From NCBI RefSeq assembly GCF_045037415.1, contig NZ_CP173438.1: a stretch of DNA of 64,000 nt; one strand, written 5' to 3'. The notes beneath the pieces were generated by a model. That model saw nothing but the letters and a program-made list of their open reading frames with translations, was not told the origin of the DNA and did not search any database. A program made the position numbers and the translations under genes. How positions within the stretch are numbered: position 1 is the stretch's first letter; each line of letters starts with the position of its first letter. Shown here in pieces: positions 63,257-64,000 of this stretch. Source of the DNA: Escherichia coli (lineage in GTDB: Bacteria > Pseudomonadota > Gammaproteobacteria > Enterobacterales > Enterobacteriaceae).

Positions 63257-64000
63257 ATGTCCGGCTGGCCACGAATTTACTACAAATTACTGAATTTACC
63301 ATTAAGCATCCTGGTAAAAAGCAAGTCTATTCCGGCGGATCCTGCCCCGGAACTGGGGCTGGATACCTCTCGTCCAATTATGTACGTTTTACCGTACAAC
63401 TCGAAAGCTGACTTGCTGACGTTGCGCGCCCAGTGTCTGGCACATGACCTGCCTGACCCGTTAGAACCGCTGGAAATCGACGGCACGCTACTGCCGCGCT
63501 ATGTGTTCATTCACGGCGGGCCGCGTGTGTTCACCTATTACACGCCGAAAGAAGAGTCTATTAAGCTGTTCCACGACTATCTCGATTTGCACCGCAGCAA
63601 CCCAAATCTGGATGTGCAGATGGTGCCAGTATCGGTGATGTTTGGTCGCGCGCCGGGGCGTGAAAAAGGCGAAGTGAACCCGCCGCTGCGTATGCTTAAC
63701 GGCGTACAGAAATTTTTCGCTGTACTGTGGCTCGGTCGCGACAGTTTTGTGCGTTTCTCGCCGTCAGTTTCACTGCGCCGTATGGCGGATGAACACGGCA
63801 CGGATAAAACTATCGCTCAGAAACTGGCGCGCGTGGCGCGTATGCACTTTGCCCGTCAACGTCTGGCTGCCGTGGGTCCACGTCTGCCTGCTCGTCAGGA
63901 TCTGTTTAATAAGCTGCTCGCCTCCCGCGCCATTGCGAAAGCGGTAGAAGATGAAGCACGCAGCAAAAAAATCTCCCATGAAAAAGCGCAGCAGAACGCG
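63257..64000 (+). CDS. plsB: Glycerol-3-phosphate acyltransferase (5' part; runs off the window)
   Basis: ATG 63257 opens [54 protein letters not shown]... The frame stays open to position 64000. It is not in the ORF track because no stop lies in the window. Confidence 0.93.

Overview
The window is Escherichia coli chromosome. Gene order is collinear with K-12 at about min 92-93 but reverse-complemented. The core order is yjcO, gltP, nrfGFEDCBA, acs-yjcH-actP, yjcE, ghxP, soxR/soxS, pdeC, yjcB, ssb, uvrA, yjbR-yjbQ, aphA, tyrB, alr, dnaB, qorA, pspG, dusA, zur, yjbJ, dinF-lexA, dgkA, plsB (5' part). Almost every core ORF has the length I remember for K-12.

Five accessory modules interrupt this backbone. 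From my memory of the K-12 map, all five are absent there.
1. 1-2413: the distal end of a Dpp/Opp-type ABC importer.
2. 16293-18373: a LysR regulator with an LrgA/LrgB-like pair, next to the acetate operon.
3. About 30.7-44.45 kb: a sigma54 two-component system with a second 2-oxoglutarate dehydrogenase, succinyl-CoA synthetase, DASS transporter and Ldh_2 dehydrogenase. I believe this is the KguS/KguR alpha-ketoglutarate island described in UPEC CFT073.
4. 45752-47310: a PnuC-like and NadR-like pair.
5. About 49.9-57.0 kb: an uncharacterised LacI-controlled operon (YdiF-like CoA-transferase, crotonase, NRAMP-fold permease lacking the metal-binding residues, stand-alone FrdA/SdhA-like flavoprotein) inserted into the dnaB-qorA divergent promoter.

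Module 5 is the most promising candidate for an undescribed system. No integrase, IS element, tRNA, CRISPR array or prophage gene is visible anywhere in the window.

Other notable points:
- A 1-nt insertion disconnects the nrfC start codon from its Tat signal.
- There are three sigma54 -24/-12 promoters: two in the kgu island and one at pspG.
- There are LexA, SoxR, CRP, FNR-like and PurR-like operators, two BIME/REP arrays and several intrinsic terminators.

CDS coordinates follow the supplied ORF track, with starts re-picked where stated. Hand-located sites may be off by 1-2 nt.
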